Of a stretch of 64,000 nucleotides of DNA, positions 1 to 14,807 are shown one piece after another (position 1 is the stretch's first letter; the number at the start of each line of letters is the position of its first letter). The position numbers were made by a program, and so were the translations under genes. Below the pieces are notes generated by a model that did not search any database, was not told where the DNA came from, and saw nothing but the letters and a program-made list of their open reading frames with translations. The stretch is from Camelus ferus (Eukaryota). Where the stretch lies: the NCBI RefSeq assembly GCF_009834535.1, contig NC_045697.1, positions 74,650,001-74,714,000 on the forward strand, given 5' to 3'.

Positions 1-632
1 CTTACCATCAACATACTGTTTCTGGATATGTCTTAAAAGGAAAGGCATAATCAGGAAACAAAGAAGGTTAAGATGGAATAAGGAGACTGCTATCTCAAAA
101 AGGGTTTTGCTTTTTTTTTTTTTTTTTTCAGGTTTACAACAACCAATGATACTGTATTCCAATCACCTTTTTAAAAAGATGTTTGACTCCATGTCACATA
201 ATACCAATGAGCAACAGGCTAAGCTATACCCTGGCTAACTTTTGAGAGTCAACTATGACTTTTGATTTTATATGAAATTACCAGAAAAGTAATGAAGTAA
301 GTCAAAATCTGACAGAGCTTCCAAGGCAATATATCAAGCAAAACACAGAAGCAGCTACTTAAGAACTCACTACATTCAAATTTCCTACTTCTTCAAAAAC
401 AACCCTGAATATCATAAAATCCAAGTGAAAACCACTGATGGCACAATTTAATACAACACTAATACTAACAGGTTTTTCAAAGTAATTTGATAGTACCAGG
501 AAAAATAAGATACTTTCCCTTTACTTATCGTGAGAATGTAAGAGGTAACCATCCAAACTATATAACAGAAGGCTACAATTAGTAGCAGGAACTTGTTTAG
601 ATACATGGATTTCTTATGACAACAAAATTTTA

Positions 633-854
<222 letters not shown>

Positions 855-2913
855 TTAAATCCACATAAATTACTATTTTATTTACATTTTGAATGAGATT
901 TAGTTCCCCTGTGAAGAAAACATACTTGAATAGGTAATTTCTGTTTTGTTACCACTTTAACTACTTATAGCTAATTATTAAACAAACATAAAAAGCTATG
1001 CCACAACTTATTTTCTACCTTCAGAGCTGTCAGTTCATTTCTTGAATCACAAATTATTCACATGATGCATGATGTTTTCCTATTAAATTCAACAAATATA
1101 TTTTCTCTAGTGATAGTAAATCTGCCTCGCATTTATTATTTGTTCAAAAAGTGTAAGATACTTAAATAAGGAACAACACAGCCACAAATAGAATAATTAT
1201 GCCTCAAATTTGTTTATATATACAGATATAGGCCGTTGTTCCAGTTCTAATTTATTGCCATCCAACTCTGCATTTGGCATATTTAGGAATAAGAATTAAC
1301 ATCATGTTAATCCAAAAATAGGCACACAGTAGGCAATTAAAATATCTGCTGTTGACTCTAATCCTATTCTAATTCATAGGATTTAGTTGGAATATGAGGA
1401 GTACTTCCTATTTTTTCCATTATTTCCACAAATTACTATCCTTGCCAATTTACATACTATGTACTAATTTAAACAAGATATAGGCAACAATCAACTCAAG
1501 GGCAAGTGACCATCACATTTTTACTAATTAAAAACACAAAATTATCACGTATTTCAAAGAGCTTAACTTTTTTTTCTTTTTGATATTGAAATGACAATAA
1601 CTCAAGAAAGTTTTCCCTTAATAACCTCAATTTCTTCTTTCAATAACATAACAGATTTATTTATCAAACCAATTATTTGGTGAAAATAACCTCTAAAAAT
1701 AATGTCTGCTTTTCTTATTTAGTTTTCAAAGTTCTTTATTTTTAACATTTCAAGAAATGGTACAAAATCCTCAACAATCTGTTAGTGTAAATAGCCTTCC
1801 TCCTTCTCTCAATTAAAACTTTGCTTCTAATGGACAGAATGTATTTTATAATTATTTGCTTATAAGCAACATCACATATTTTACAAAGAGAAGCATCAAG
1901 GCCAAAAAGAAAAGACAAGGAGGTGCTGTATTCAATACCCTGATAAAGTTTTATTCCAGATGAAACGTGAGCTTTTACCCACAGGGTGCTGGATAAAGAA
2001 TGAGTATTTGATTAATACTTTTTCTTGATTTGATATTTATTCTACTGCAATAAATTCATTCTATCGACTGTCTCATCTTTTGCTCTAAGAACAAGAAAGG
2101 TACAATTTACGTCAGCTTCAAGAGTTATAGATAAAAGTGAAGACTCAGGACAGAACCCAAGGGTCAAGGAACTTCTGGGTTTAACTTCTAACTTTTTTTC
2201 CTCCTTCCAATTAGTGGTGGCATGTTTATAGACCTAACTTACCCAGAAGCCAGAAGTAAGCAACATCAACAATCATAAGCATTCAACTTTATGTTGATGA
2301 AAGCATAGTTATTAACTTTTTAAAAGCACGCTTCATTTTAAACAAGAAACTCATGCCGCTGGCAATTCTCCATAGCTATACCTATGATTATTAAATATCT
2401 TTCTTATTTGAGCCTGATAAAAGATAATTACTATTTGGGATTACACAGCTAATTAAGGTTATACTGAAGAAACCTAATTTATCATGAAAACATTTTCCTT
2501 GTGCTCTGCCAAACACTGATGGCCAGATTTATACATGGTATGTGTCATAACTGCATGTATATATAAAATACACACAAATACACATTTATGTATAAAATAC
2601 ATACAAATAAATATGTGTATACATTTATTTTGTATATTACTACATACTATATATTATTTCATATATGTAAATAGAAATTGTAAGGCTGGCATACTTTTTG
2701 GTTGCTAAGGACAGGCTTTGGAATGAGATATATTATGTCTTGTTATATTTAGAAAAATTTCTTTAAAGGGGAGATATTACAGAACTGATGAGATCAGCAC
2801 AGTGTCAGATTTCAAGTTATTTCAAAAGTGTCAAAAAAGTTCACCGGGGCAAATTAAAAAAAAAATGAAACGCACGTGTCCTCTGATTTATAAACCAACC
2901 TGAGAGAATTTAG

Positions 2914-3879
2914 GAGGAGCTACTGAAAAACAGACAGCAGTCAAAATAAAACAAAAGATTCTATGGGTATTACTGCTGATTCTTTTAAAATGTTCACAAA
3001 ATACTGTGTGATTTATTATAATAAAGATTTACATCTAGAGCCATAAAATGACCCCTCAAATAGTATTTTCTAACCAATAGGTGAACTATGTAAGGGTAAA
3101 TGCTATCCTTTAAAAAAATTGGAGGTGGGGTGGATAGCTCAGTGGTAGAGCACATGCCCAGTGTGGATGAGGTTCTGGGTTCAATCTCCAGTACCTCCAT
3201 TAAAAATAAATAAATAAACCTAATCCCCCACTCCCCCCCAAAAAGAACAACAAATAAAATTAAGGTATTTATCAAATTTCCTCTTAAACTTCAAGTAAGG
3301 TTTAATATTGCACTATGGCACAAAATCATGTCTCATATAAATTTTCTATTTTAATGAAACTTTCTATCTTTGAATTTTTTGCAGTGAGATATAAAATTAA
3401 TTCATCTTTTTCCTTTAGTCTCACCATATTAAAAATTCTTATTCTTCTCTTCTACAACAGCTTTTTTATTTATCACATACTTTTAAATGATAATTCCCAA
3501 AGAATTCAGTGTAAGGATTTTATATGGCACTATCATATTTTTGTGCAGTTATTTATAAATAAGCCATCTATTTCCTTTTTTAAATTTTCATAAAATAGAT
3601 AGAGAGATATTTCATTAAGTCCCACACATGGGTATCCTTATTTTTTCCTATCTGACCAGTCTTTTCTGCTTTCATCCTCTTAGCAGGGGTAAGGAGAAGA
3701 TGAAGAATCATGGGTGACAGATCTAAAGTAAAAAGGTTTCCTCTGCTCACAAATAAAAAATGGCATTCTCAATTCTGTAACTATTTGTTATTTTCCATCA
3801 GGTTGCTAGTTTATCCTGAAGATGATAAGTCAGATAAACATACAGAGGAGCTACTGAAAAACAGACCAGTAGTCAAAAT
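2914..3879. repeat. Dispersed ~35-bp direct repeat pair (2914-2947 and 3845-3879)
   Basis: GAGGAGCTACTGAAAAACAGAC is identical in both copies, followed by agcagtcaaaat / cagtagtcaaaat. Confidence 0.85.
3121..3258 (+). mobile_element. tRNA-derived SINE, camelid Vic-1-like
   Basis: A box (tagctcagtggtag), B box (ggttcaatctc), then gtacctcc-AAATAAATAAA-cctaat-C-run-A tail; second copy at 17253-17372. Confidence 0.8.
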
Positions 3880-4557
3880 GAATTTCTTGTCAACTAAAAA
3901 GTGCCCAAACTAAACCATCTGGTGACATTTTGACTCACTGTATTCAAAACAAGCTGAAGTTATTTTATTGTAGGTGACCCCAAATTAGATTATTTCCTGT
4001 TACAAATTTTGCGAGCTGTAAAATTTGGCTTACTGTCTAAAGCCACAAGAATAAGCACCAACTTTTATGTCTAAATGGGAAGAGGGGGTTTCAAAAGAAG
4101 AGAAAGGAAAGAGAAAGGTAATTTTCTGAACTGCATTTGTGAGCCATTTTAGTTTTTGCTCACATACTCCACTCTAGCAAAAAATCTACAAGCGAACTTA
4201 ATAGTTCTTATAATATTTCTAGTATTGTAGAACATTTTCTGTCTCAGGGAAAATTTCCTTAGTCATATGATGCAAGACATTCTTGAAAATGCTCAATGTA
4301 TTTCCTACTATTTCCCAATATCCTATCATTAAAGTCATCCATGACAAAGATGGGCATTAAAACCAGAAATATGCAATGTACTGTTTCTCTGAATATATAA
4401 CCCTTACAGTGAAGTTGCATGTTCTTTCTCACTCTTTGTTACTGTTTGATGAGAAAGGAGATTTATAATATACCCCATATGACAACTGGACTTTAGACTT
4501 TGATGTTTCTCTTCTTTCTTCCCTCCCCCTAAAAGACTTACTGAATGTCTATGTGTA

Positions 4558-4682
4558 GTGTGACCATGTATCCTAGTTTATCTGGGAGAGTCCTGGTTGC
4601 CACCTGCAGACTCAGTATCTGGTGCCTTTAGTGCCCCTTTAATCCTCAAAAATATCACAATTTAGTTAGACAGTTATCCTAG
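4558..4682 (-). mobile_element. MER94-like hAT-Blackjack MITE, decayed
   Basis: gtgaccatgtatcctagtttatctgggagagtcctggtt ... tagtgcccctttaatcctcaaaa resembles the reverse complement of the recalled MER94 consensus. Confidence 0.6.
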
Positions 4683-7393
4683 CTATGTGTGGCACTACGT
4701 TAAATGCTAGGGACATTACAGTGAAGACGATACTGCCCTTGCCCCTCAAAGGATTTAGGAACATATACAGGTAAGCAGAAAATTGGGGAAATTTTCACAC
4801 AGTTTTATTTCCCAAGTTTATACACTATTTCCTTCTATATTTCCCTTTCTGACTTGCGGGAACTACACCTTTTAATGGTCAAAGTGTGACTATGCCTTGG
4901 TTTTATAAACAGTGCAAGGATATGTTTAACGTTTTGGTAAAATTGCACTGGCTGTTTTGGTGAACAATACACATTACAATGACTTCAAAAAACAGTTTAA
5001 AAGTTTCATAGGCCAGTTTTCTGAGGTTCCCTTCTTAAGGGCAAAATGGCATTAAGGTTTAGTTGGGTTTTCCATGAAGGATTAGTTTCCACTCATAATA
5101 ACTAAATGGCTGTTTCTTGTCACTGGCCCGAAGCTGCCTTTTTTCTCTTCAGAGCCCTGAAATATGTCTGTCCTGCAAGTTATAAGCATGTTTTCTATCA
5201 CTGAAATTCTAACTAATCTATCCCTTTTAAATTCCTCCATATTTTTCCAATCCAACTGGTACTCTAAGGTTCTAAATCTAGGAGTAATTTTAGTAATTTT
5301 AGATAATCTTGGGGCCAACCCTGAGTTATGTAATCATATAAAGTTCCTATGTGTTTGTCCTTTATCAACTCAACAGTAAGTTTACTGGGTATAATTTGAT
5401 AGTGCCAAAAATGATTTTGAATACTCACTTAGGCAGAAGTAATTAAATTTATTATCTTCTTAAAAATGTCTGCAGGTAATAAGTTAATAGGACCATGGTT
5501 AAAAAACAAACAAAACAGAATTATCTTGACTAATAAGATCGTTTTTCTCTCTTCTGTAAGAGGCAAAGCATTGAGTCTTATAAGTATGTAAATATTCTAT
5601 TTTATGTAAAACTTTAAAATTAAAAAATTTTTAATTCCTATGAGGATATAATTACAAAAATAAATGTTTTTTCCAAGAAAATTTAATGTTGCTATTGAAT
5701 ATGGAAACTTTTGGTTTCTGTCGAGTCAATTAAATGACTAAATAAATATGAAGTATTACAATTAGCTGTTGAATTGACTGGTTTCATATGACGTAGGATT
5801 TTTCCCAAAACTTGTGGGTAAAAAAAGTGTGCACGTGGTATTTGTGCCATTCAAAATCAATGTTACTTTGAAGTTTAAAGCTCAAAACACAAAGGAGCCA
5901 GAGGACAAACAAGAGGGAAAACAATAAAATGAGAACTATTTCTAATTACAAGCCTCAAATAAATATTTCAAAGAAGAGTACATCACTGCTCTTCCATAAA
6001 CCTTGGTAACAAATAATCAGTGTACTGTTTCAGCTCCTTCTTTAGCTCTCCATCTCTCTTTTCCTGGCTCCACGTACCAGATTTGACTACTGTTTTTTTC
6101 ATCAACCTATTTGGCACCTTTTTTTTTTGCAGTCCATTTCCTTGTTCTCTGTCTTAAGAATATCCTTCTCTCTTCACCAAGCAAATTCCTACTCAAATTT
6201 CAAATTCATCAATAAGTATCCTGTCTTTTATGAAACCTTTTCAAACATATCATCTCTTCTCTTTGCCACCAAAAACAAAACAAAACAAAAAGTTAAAAAA
6301 TTAATATAACCTCACCTGACTTCTTCCTTTGTGCTAATATAGTAATATGTACATGTATTTCATTAACTTATAATTAGTTACTTTCACATTTATTTCCTGT
6401 ATTTGGCTATGAAATCCCTTGGAAAGACAGACTGTTATCTACTTCAAGAACCTCCATTCCTTAAACAGTGCTTGGCATAGAGTTAGTGTAGAGTAATTAC
6501 TAAAAGAAAGGCTAAATTAATTGAAAACATTTTTTCCTTATATTACGTATATAATCAATACAAAAATTGGATAAATGATTTAAAACACCTAGTCTATTGT
6601 TTTTAGGAAAACATATATGCTACATTTTTCAATATAATATTTTAAAAAATTTATTTCAGCTTTAAAAAGTTTCATAATTAATTACAAATTCAGAGATTTC
6701 CTAAAACTTATAGAAATTATATCTGAAAAGATGATTAATATTGAGAGAAATAAACCTTTAATAATTGTATTTTAATTATAATACTGAATATTAAAGCACA
6801 TTACTGATTAATCAGTCAAACTAGATAAGAGCCTATTTGACCTTTTTGACTGGTCTTTCCAAATCTGTGTTGTATACACTATGTTTCTCTTGTATTTTCT
6901 AAATGAAAAAAGATCTGATCTTGTTTATTTGTATAATAAACCTTTTAAAGGTGTATTAAATAAGTTTGTAGTTAAAAATTGTGAAAACCCATCTTTTTCA
7001 TGTTGAAAATTCATTTCATTATCAACACATAACAAACACATCTATCTGTGATATGAAAAAATTACTGGATAAATAAAACTTTTTAGAGGTAAATCATTTC
7101 TGTATTTAAAACAGAAATCAACACAGAATCAAAATAGAAGCTAATGTAATAAAAGCTATCTAATATGGCCCTCTGAGAGCTGGTCATTTAGCCAGGCATC
7201 ATACAGCTATCTTATAAATAATAACCAATTCATTTTACAAGTCTTATTTTAATTGTTTACTAAAAATTCTCCAAATAAGTAAATCTTTCTTAAAGTATAG
7301 GAACTATGCTTTAAAAGAGGGCTGACAAATTTGGAAAAATGTCATTTCAGGGGTTTTATATAGGAAAAGTTCAGTTAATTTTACAGGTACCTG

Positions 7394-8297
7394 CATAAAT
7401 CATAGCAAGGTAGTTTTTGAACCAGCTCCTGGAGTAATGGAAATAAAAGCAAAAATACAAATGGGATCTAATTAAACTTAAAAGCTTTAGCACAACTAAG
7501 GATACCATCAACAAAACAAAAAGACAACCCATAGAATGGGAGAAAATATTTGCAAATGATGTGACCTACAAAGGACTAATTTCCAAAATATGCAAAGAGC
7601 TCATACACCTTATTATCAAAAAAACAAGCAACCCAATCAAAAAATGAGCAGAAGACCTAAATAGACATCTTTCCAAAGACATACAGATGGCCAATAGGCA
7701 CATGAAAAGATCAACATCACTAATTATTACAGAAAAGCACATCAAAACTATAATGAGATATCACCTCACACCAGCCAGAATGGCTATCATTAAAAAGTCT
7801 ACAAACGACAAACGCTGGAGAGAAACCCTCCAACAATGTTGGTGGGAATGTACATTGGTGCAGCCACTATGGAGGACAGTATGGAGGTTCCCTTGAAAAC
7901 TAAAAATAGACTTACCCTATGATCCAGCAATCCCACTCCTGGGCATATACCCGGAGAAAATATAATTCAAAAAGACACCTGCACTCCAATGTTCATGGCA
8001 GCAATATTTACAATAGCCAAGACATGAAAACAACCCAAATGTCCATCAACAGATGACTGGATAAAGAAGATGTGTGTGTGTGTGTGTTTATATTTATATA
8101 TATGATGTGTATATATGTAATGGAATACTACTCAGCCATAAAAAAGTATAAAATAATGCCATTTGCAGCAACATGAATGGACCTGGAGATCATTGTTCTA
8201 AGTGAGGTAAGCCAAAAAGAGAAAGAAAAATGCCATATGATATTGCTTATATGTGGAATCTAAAAAGAAAAGGACAAAAATGAATGACTTATTATTT
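7394..8297 (+). mobile_element. LINE-1 fragment (ORF2 3' end and start of 3' UTR), relatively young
   Basis: ORF 7687..7896 ([14 protein letters not shown]...[16 protein letters not shown]...[18 protein letters not shown]) is the L1 ORF2 C-terminus; canonical gatccagcaatcccactcctgggcatatac. Confidence 0.93.
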
Positions 8298-8529
8298 ATA
8301 ACTTAGATGATTATTTCTTGAATATGTGTAAGCACATTTGACTGTCTTTTATGATTGGATTACTGCATTATGTTGATTCTTATTTTGGCTTTATTCCTTT
8401 CATAATTATGTAAGTTTAAAAAACTAAAGCTCTAAATTGTTCTTAGAAACAAACAGTATATACATGTAAAATTTTAAAAGATGTATATAGAAATAAAATA
8501 TTATGTCTATGAGAGAGAAAAAAAAAAGA

Positions 8530-9310
8530 AACTGGCAAACTGTTTTCTAAAGTGGTTGTGTGATTTTATGTTCCCACCAGCAGTGTATGAAAATTCCAGT
8601 TGCTCCACATTTTTGCCAACATTTGGCAAGATCTGTCTTTTCAATATTAGCCACCCTAAAAGGTAAATTAGTATCTCATTGTGATTAATTGTGCATTTCT
8701 CTAATGACTAATGATGTTGAGCATTTCCATGTGTTTTTGCCATCTATATATCTTTCTTTGCTAAAGTATTCAAATCTGTTGCCCATTATTGATTGAGTCT
8801 GTTTTTGCTTTTTTAATGTAGAATTTGAGAATTCTTTTTATATTGTGGATACATTCTTTATCAGTGTGTGATTTGCAAATATTTTATCCTAGTCTCTGTC
8901 TTATCTTTTCATTCAGAGTGTCTTTCAGAGAGCAGAATTTCTTAATTTTGATAAAACCCAATTTATCACATTTTTGTTTAGTGATTTATATTTTGTGGTT
9001 ATAGCTAGGAAATCTTGGCCAACCAAGTTCACAAAGATTTTCCCTTATTTTTTTCCTGGAAATTTTAGGTTTTACATTTAGGTCGAGGACTCTATTGAGT
9101 AAATCTGTGTATACAATGAATGTTATTGATCAAGGTTTTTTTTTTGGTAAGTGGATATACTATCATTTTGACACCATTTGTTGAAAACATTCTTTCTCTA
9201 TTGAATTGCCTTTGTACTTTTGCTGAAAATAATTGATTATATATGTATAAATCTGTTTCTGTTTTCTCAGTTCTTTTCCAATGACTTACTTGCATATGTT
9301 GATGTCAATA
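8530..9310 (-). mobile_element. Older LINE-1 (L1M) ORF2 fragment, antisense
   Basis: ttcccaccagcagtgtatg, catttctctaatgactaatgatgttgagca, atttgcaaatatttt are antisense L1 ORF2 3' motifs; ORF 9092..9295 is L1-like. Confidence 0.85.
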
Positions 9311-11473
9311 CCACAAAAAAAGTAACAACAAAAAAAAACCAACAAAAACTACAGGTTCCTGTTAGATTTACATTAACAGCATTATACTGCTGCCTTACAT
9401 TTAACTGAGGATTAGGGAATCACTTTTTGTGTTACACAAATACTAAACTGATTATTTCATATCTTTAACCTCGACAGTTTGTCTTTCGTGACTATTTGAC
9501 ATATTTTACATTGCATAGCCTCTGAAATTTCCTGGTATCATGTAAGGTGTTATTAAATCCTCTCATTTTGGCATTACTGGAATCTTAAAGAGCACATTGT
9601 CAACTCTATAATAAACATTACTGATAAGGGTAGTAAGAAAACTATGAATAAGTATGGAACACATCCCTATTAATAAGAAACAAGATACACTCTTACAGGT
9701 CATTACTTCATAAATTCTTGGAAGATATTACATGATTCTTGAAGTTGCATGGTTTTACTAAATTAACCTACAAGCAAAAGGTAACTTCCTTCCATAAAAT
9801 ATACTTGTCCTTGATTATAAAAAAATTAAAGCAAAAAGTTGCTGCCCTTTGAAAAAAACATTCTTAAATTAATCCCAACTATATATAAGTTCACATTCTA
9901 GGAATGTACAGGGAATTAGGCATAGCCATTTTAAATCAAATCATTTCAAAATACAAATGTAAATCATTAGAACTTACATTTCAAAACTCACATAGAGACA
10001 TTAGACATTATTCCAATTTCTAGCAACTATCTATATTGTAGACACAGAGAACTGTGAATAATCACATACTTTGATGTGTTTGTAAATACAAACACTAAAT
10101 TTTTTAAAAGAATTTTATTATATTTCTTTATATGCCAATGGAAATGAGGCTGGAAAAATAAGTGTTTTTGTGTGCTGAGCTATTTATACATATTCTTTTT
10201 CTCTTATTTTAGTCTCTTTATCTTTTTAATTTACATTTCCCTTTCTGCCTGCTCTCTCATTATTTTCTCCTTATGATGACCTTTGATATTCTAGTTTTAT
10301 ACTCATTTCTAACTAAGTAAAAATATTGCTAATTGAGACCCTACTTAGAATTTTAGACAAATCAGACACAGCTTGCAGTTTTATCTATTCAAATTGAGTG
10401 AATTACATGAAACCATGACATAGATATAAATAAAACACAGCATCAGCTTTAAGTTGTTTAAAGTTTAGTGGAATTAATAAGACATATATGTAAAAGCAGA
10501 AAAAGTCTAAATAAAGAGGGTATAGGATAAATTTCATAAAAATGGTAAATGGGGAGACTGCAACCAGTTGATAGTCTGTTCCAAAAGAAATACAAAAATG
10601 GAAGAAAATTTCCTGCGTTTAAAACATTAAAATCTTGTTGAAAAGATAAGACATAAAACAATATGTAATGCTATGACAATAATTACACTAGCAAAAAAAA
10701 TTATAATGATAGTAATAAAAATAGTAATAGTAACAATAACAATAAAAAAACAACAATTATTGTTATTGAATTGAATGCTTCTGTGTGCCAGGCATTCACC
10801 CATTTTATTATGTTTAACCTTTACAACAATCTTTATTTCAGGTATGAGGAAAATTATACCTTATTTTTTAAGATTCACAATAAGCAATGAAACTTAAAGT
10901 TGAAACAAAGTTTGTCTGATTCAAAAGTGTTTATTATTAAACTTTTATTACACTACTTTAAAAAATGAGTTTAAAAATGATAGTAAAAGTTTGAATGTGG
11001 CTGAAGTAGTCCTGAAAAAATTCACAGATGGGTTATGTTATGTCCTGGACTCTGAAGGAGGAGGTATCTTTTAGTAAAGAAAAGAAAGAAGGAGGATATT
11101 TTGGGTGTTCAAGCATGGTGAATAAGATGAATGAGAAGTGTTTTCATTATTCTATTTACTTACACCATTAAACACTGTTTAAACTTTTTACTAATTCAAA
11201 TAGGCTTGTCCATGGTGAAGCTTTTTTTGGCACTGTTAATCGTGAGACAGACAAACAGCTAGACTCTTAATTTCTTAAACTGGCATGCCTGAATTTGAAA
11301 TGAACTAAGATTAGATATTAAAGTTATTAGAAAAATATCATAATTCTTTCTGGACTTGGAGGAAAGATTGTTCCCATATTTTATTGAGTCAAAATCATAA
11401 ATTTCACTGTGTATTTGTCACTTTTGACATAAGGACTTTCCCTATAAAAAGACGATGAAACACATTTGCTTAC

Positions 11474-11557
11474 CTTGTATTACATGTGAGTTGTCTTTCA
11501 AGAAGAAGTTATACAGGTATTTGGGGATAAAAGCAGACATACACGCGTAAGCCAAGG
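11474..11557 (-). CDS. TBCK: TBCK coding exon (~19)
   Basis: 84 nt, ttcttag| ... |gtaagc; (A)[27 protein letters not shown]. Confidence 0.96.
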
Positions 11558-12867
11558 CTAAGAAAGAATAAGGCAAATATAAAAACTTAGTTAATGAGGT
11601 AAATGATCAGCAGTCACTCACTCGCTTAACACACATTCTTTGAATTTACTTTTTAACAAGAATTTTGTTAATAAATGAAGGACGCACAAAATTAAAGGGG
11701 AAAAGAATCCTCTACTATTTAAAACAGAAAATATTTTGGACATCAAAAGATAACCACCCAAGTAACTTTTCAATTTTAAACTACCGTGGCAATCGTCATC
11801 CCACAAGAATAAAAACCTTAATACCAGAACTTTATGCGTTTTAAAAAATCTCTAAACATAATTCATTATTAATGAGCTATATAAATCTTGAGATCCTTAA
11901 TCTTTGTTGATGCAAACAAAATAGCCTGAGAACTTTGGATTTAGAAACACTAGTAATAAATTGCTCTCTCACAGATCTTTTACTATTCCTGGGTCAAATA
12001 CATGTGTTAACAGACTATGCCTAACTAAACACAGTAAAACCTGTAGTCTAAAGAATAATATCAGAGAACAGGGATTTTAAAAATGATTCAAATAGTAAAA
12101 TTTTAGTTCTCTGGGATTATGCTATTTCTACTTAATTCCAGAAACCTATGCAAATTCTGATGTGAAATACAGTTTGAAAAGATGGAGATTCTGAGACTGA
12201 GACTTCTAAAGATTTATGCTATGTTAACATTCTCTATATGTGATATCATTAGGGACAGTCATAATAAATATTCAAATATTTATTGAAAAAGCTACTATAA
12301 AAAAGGCATTATATCAGGGGACAGAAGACAACCCCTTGTCATTAAAAAAATCTGCTAACCAAAAAAAGGGTTACTATAATTATAAAAGAAAACACACAAG
12401 ATAAATTTCTGGAGATACAAGGTGTCATACGGATTCAGGAGGGTGAGTAAGAAAAGTCTTCATTAAGGAGGCAGTGGTTGAAATGATCGACTTCGGAGAT
12501 ACAAGATCAATACTGTTTTCTTTATAAATTGTTTGGAAAGTATACATAAACCAAAACTAACTTCTAAAAAAGTCAGAATTTTCTTCAAAATTTCATAAAA
12601 ATGGTCACCAAAGTAGATGAATGCATTTAGAATAATTCATCAGATTCTCCCTAAATCTCTAGTCACTGCCTGATCACAGTTGAAACTCTCCAGTTATAAA
12701 AATCATCCATATCCTCTAAAATGAGTCTAGTAGATTATTTCACAGAAATTTACACTATCTACCAGGAAGACAAGAACCTTACAATGAAAACAAAAAATTT
12801 TCATGTTTGAATAAAATATTTTTAGAAGAATACACGCAAGAATTATTTAAACGATAAATAGGCTTAC

Positions 12868-12918
12868 CTTCATTATTGAAATTTAAATATAGGAATGGAG
12901 CACAAAGTGAGTCAAGAC
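12868..12918 (-). CDS. TBCK: TBCK coding exon (~18)
   Basis: 51 nt, ccatcag| ... |gtaagc; (G)LDSLCAPFLYLNFNNE. Confidence 0.96.
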
Positions 12919-14036
12919 CTGATGGAGAGAGGTTGGGGGAAAGAATTCAAACAAACATAATCCAGCAGAATTGTAGATATATACCTTATTGAGTTCTCTG
13001 CATTACTTCTATATAGATTAAGCATTATACATATTACCCATTCAGAAATATATTACCTTATGGGTTATTGTGAGGAGTAACGATAGTGACTGGCACAGAG
13101 TAAACATCCAATATAAATCAACTATTATTATTATTGATATTATTATGAGTTGAAGAGAGAAATACAGTAACAAAAAATGTGAAAATGATAAAAAAAAAAG
13201 CTTGGGATATAGTCCCATCTCTGACCCTGACTGTTATCTTGGCAATCACTTAACTCCAGGCAGGTTTCCTAGTCTAGGAGATGAAAATTTGTCTTAACAT
13301 GATTCTCTGGGATAATGAAAAAAAAATCCTTTAAAAAGTTGTGAAGTAAAATACAGATACATGACAAATTTCTATTATTGATAATAATGCTATTTGTATG
13401 TTATCATGTTGAAAGAATGTACATAAATTTATCTATAATTGTTAGGGAGATATAGAACTCTAAAATGAACAGAGCTAGGAAAAATAATAGCTTCATCTTT
13501 AAGCTTGGCCAGAAATAGAGAATTGAAATATAAACACTACTATTTTTAACAAAAAATTCAAAAATAAGACTGGGTGAAATGAGTTTCTCATTCATGAATT
13601 TATCAATGACCACAAAAATAGCAATGAGAAAAGCTAAAAATCAAGAATATGGAGGATCAAACATATTAAAAAAAGAGAGACAATAATTAAAATGAGAAGT
13701 TTAGGGTGATATCCTACTCCCAATTATAAGTGTAACTTGGAAATCATTAAATGTCAAGAATATCAACTAGCCCAAAATTATTTATGATACAAAATTATTA
13801 TTTGCATAAATACTGAAGAATATATTCACAAAGATTACAATAGCACAAAATATTCTTTATATTTTCCTAATTATCAGGATGACAAGTTGTCTCATTAAAT
13901 AGCATGCATTTAAATGATATTAACTAGGCATTTAGACAAAGTAAAAATAAAGTTCTTATATAAACCTCTCAAAAAAATAGAGCATAGTTTTAGTATTGAC
14001 CTTTCTCAAATCATGGCTATTTTGATATTTGTTTTA

Positions 14037-14315
<279 letters not shown>

Positions 14316-14744
14316 TTATGAATTCAGAATAGGCCACCTACATAATCTTGGTGTCTGAAGTTTTTGAATTTTATATTAATACTCTGGAAACAACAAAAAA
14401 AAGTTGTAAGTATACTTGGAAAAAAGTTCGTTTATATTGAAAAGGTATGTATTAATTTAGTTTTCAAAAAACCTTCCTTTGCAATCTGGCCTAAATAAAG
14501 GACAAATTCTTCAGACAAAAAAAGTACATTATTTGGAAAAGTTACTTGGCCTAAACTCCTTTAAGGAACAGTTTTAACTCACTAATGAGTTAGAGTATAT
14601 CTTAGAGAGTTAAGAGTTATGCTTCTGCAAAATCGTATACATGTGATAGGTGCTGAGTATTCATAATAAAAGGAAGACAATTCCTCATGCCTTTTTAAAA
14701 TTTAAAGATTTGGCAGACTTAGGTTAAGAAAATCTAAATCATAC

Positions 14745-14807
14745 TTGTCTGTCTGTAGGAATTGGAGTATCTTTATCAATTGCATCATACTTGGCTTGAA
14801 TCGCCCC
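14745..14807 (-). CDS. TBCK: TBCK coding exon (~16)
   Basis: 63 nt, tttacag| ... |gtatga; [21 protein letters not shown]. Confidence 0.96.

Noticed and set aside
3121..3200. tRNA-like sequence with A and B boxes
   Set aside because: No acceptor stem, followed by a SINE tail, with a second diverged copy nearby. It is a SINE head, not a tRNA gene.
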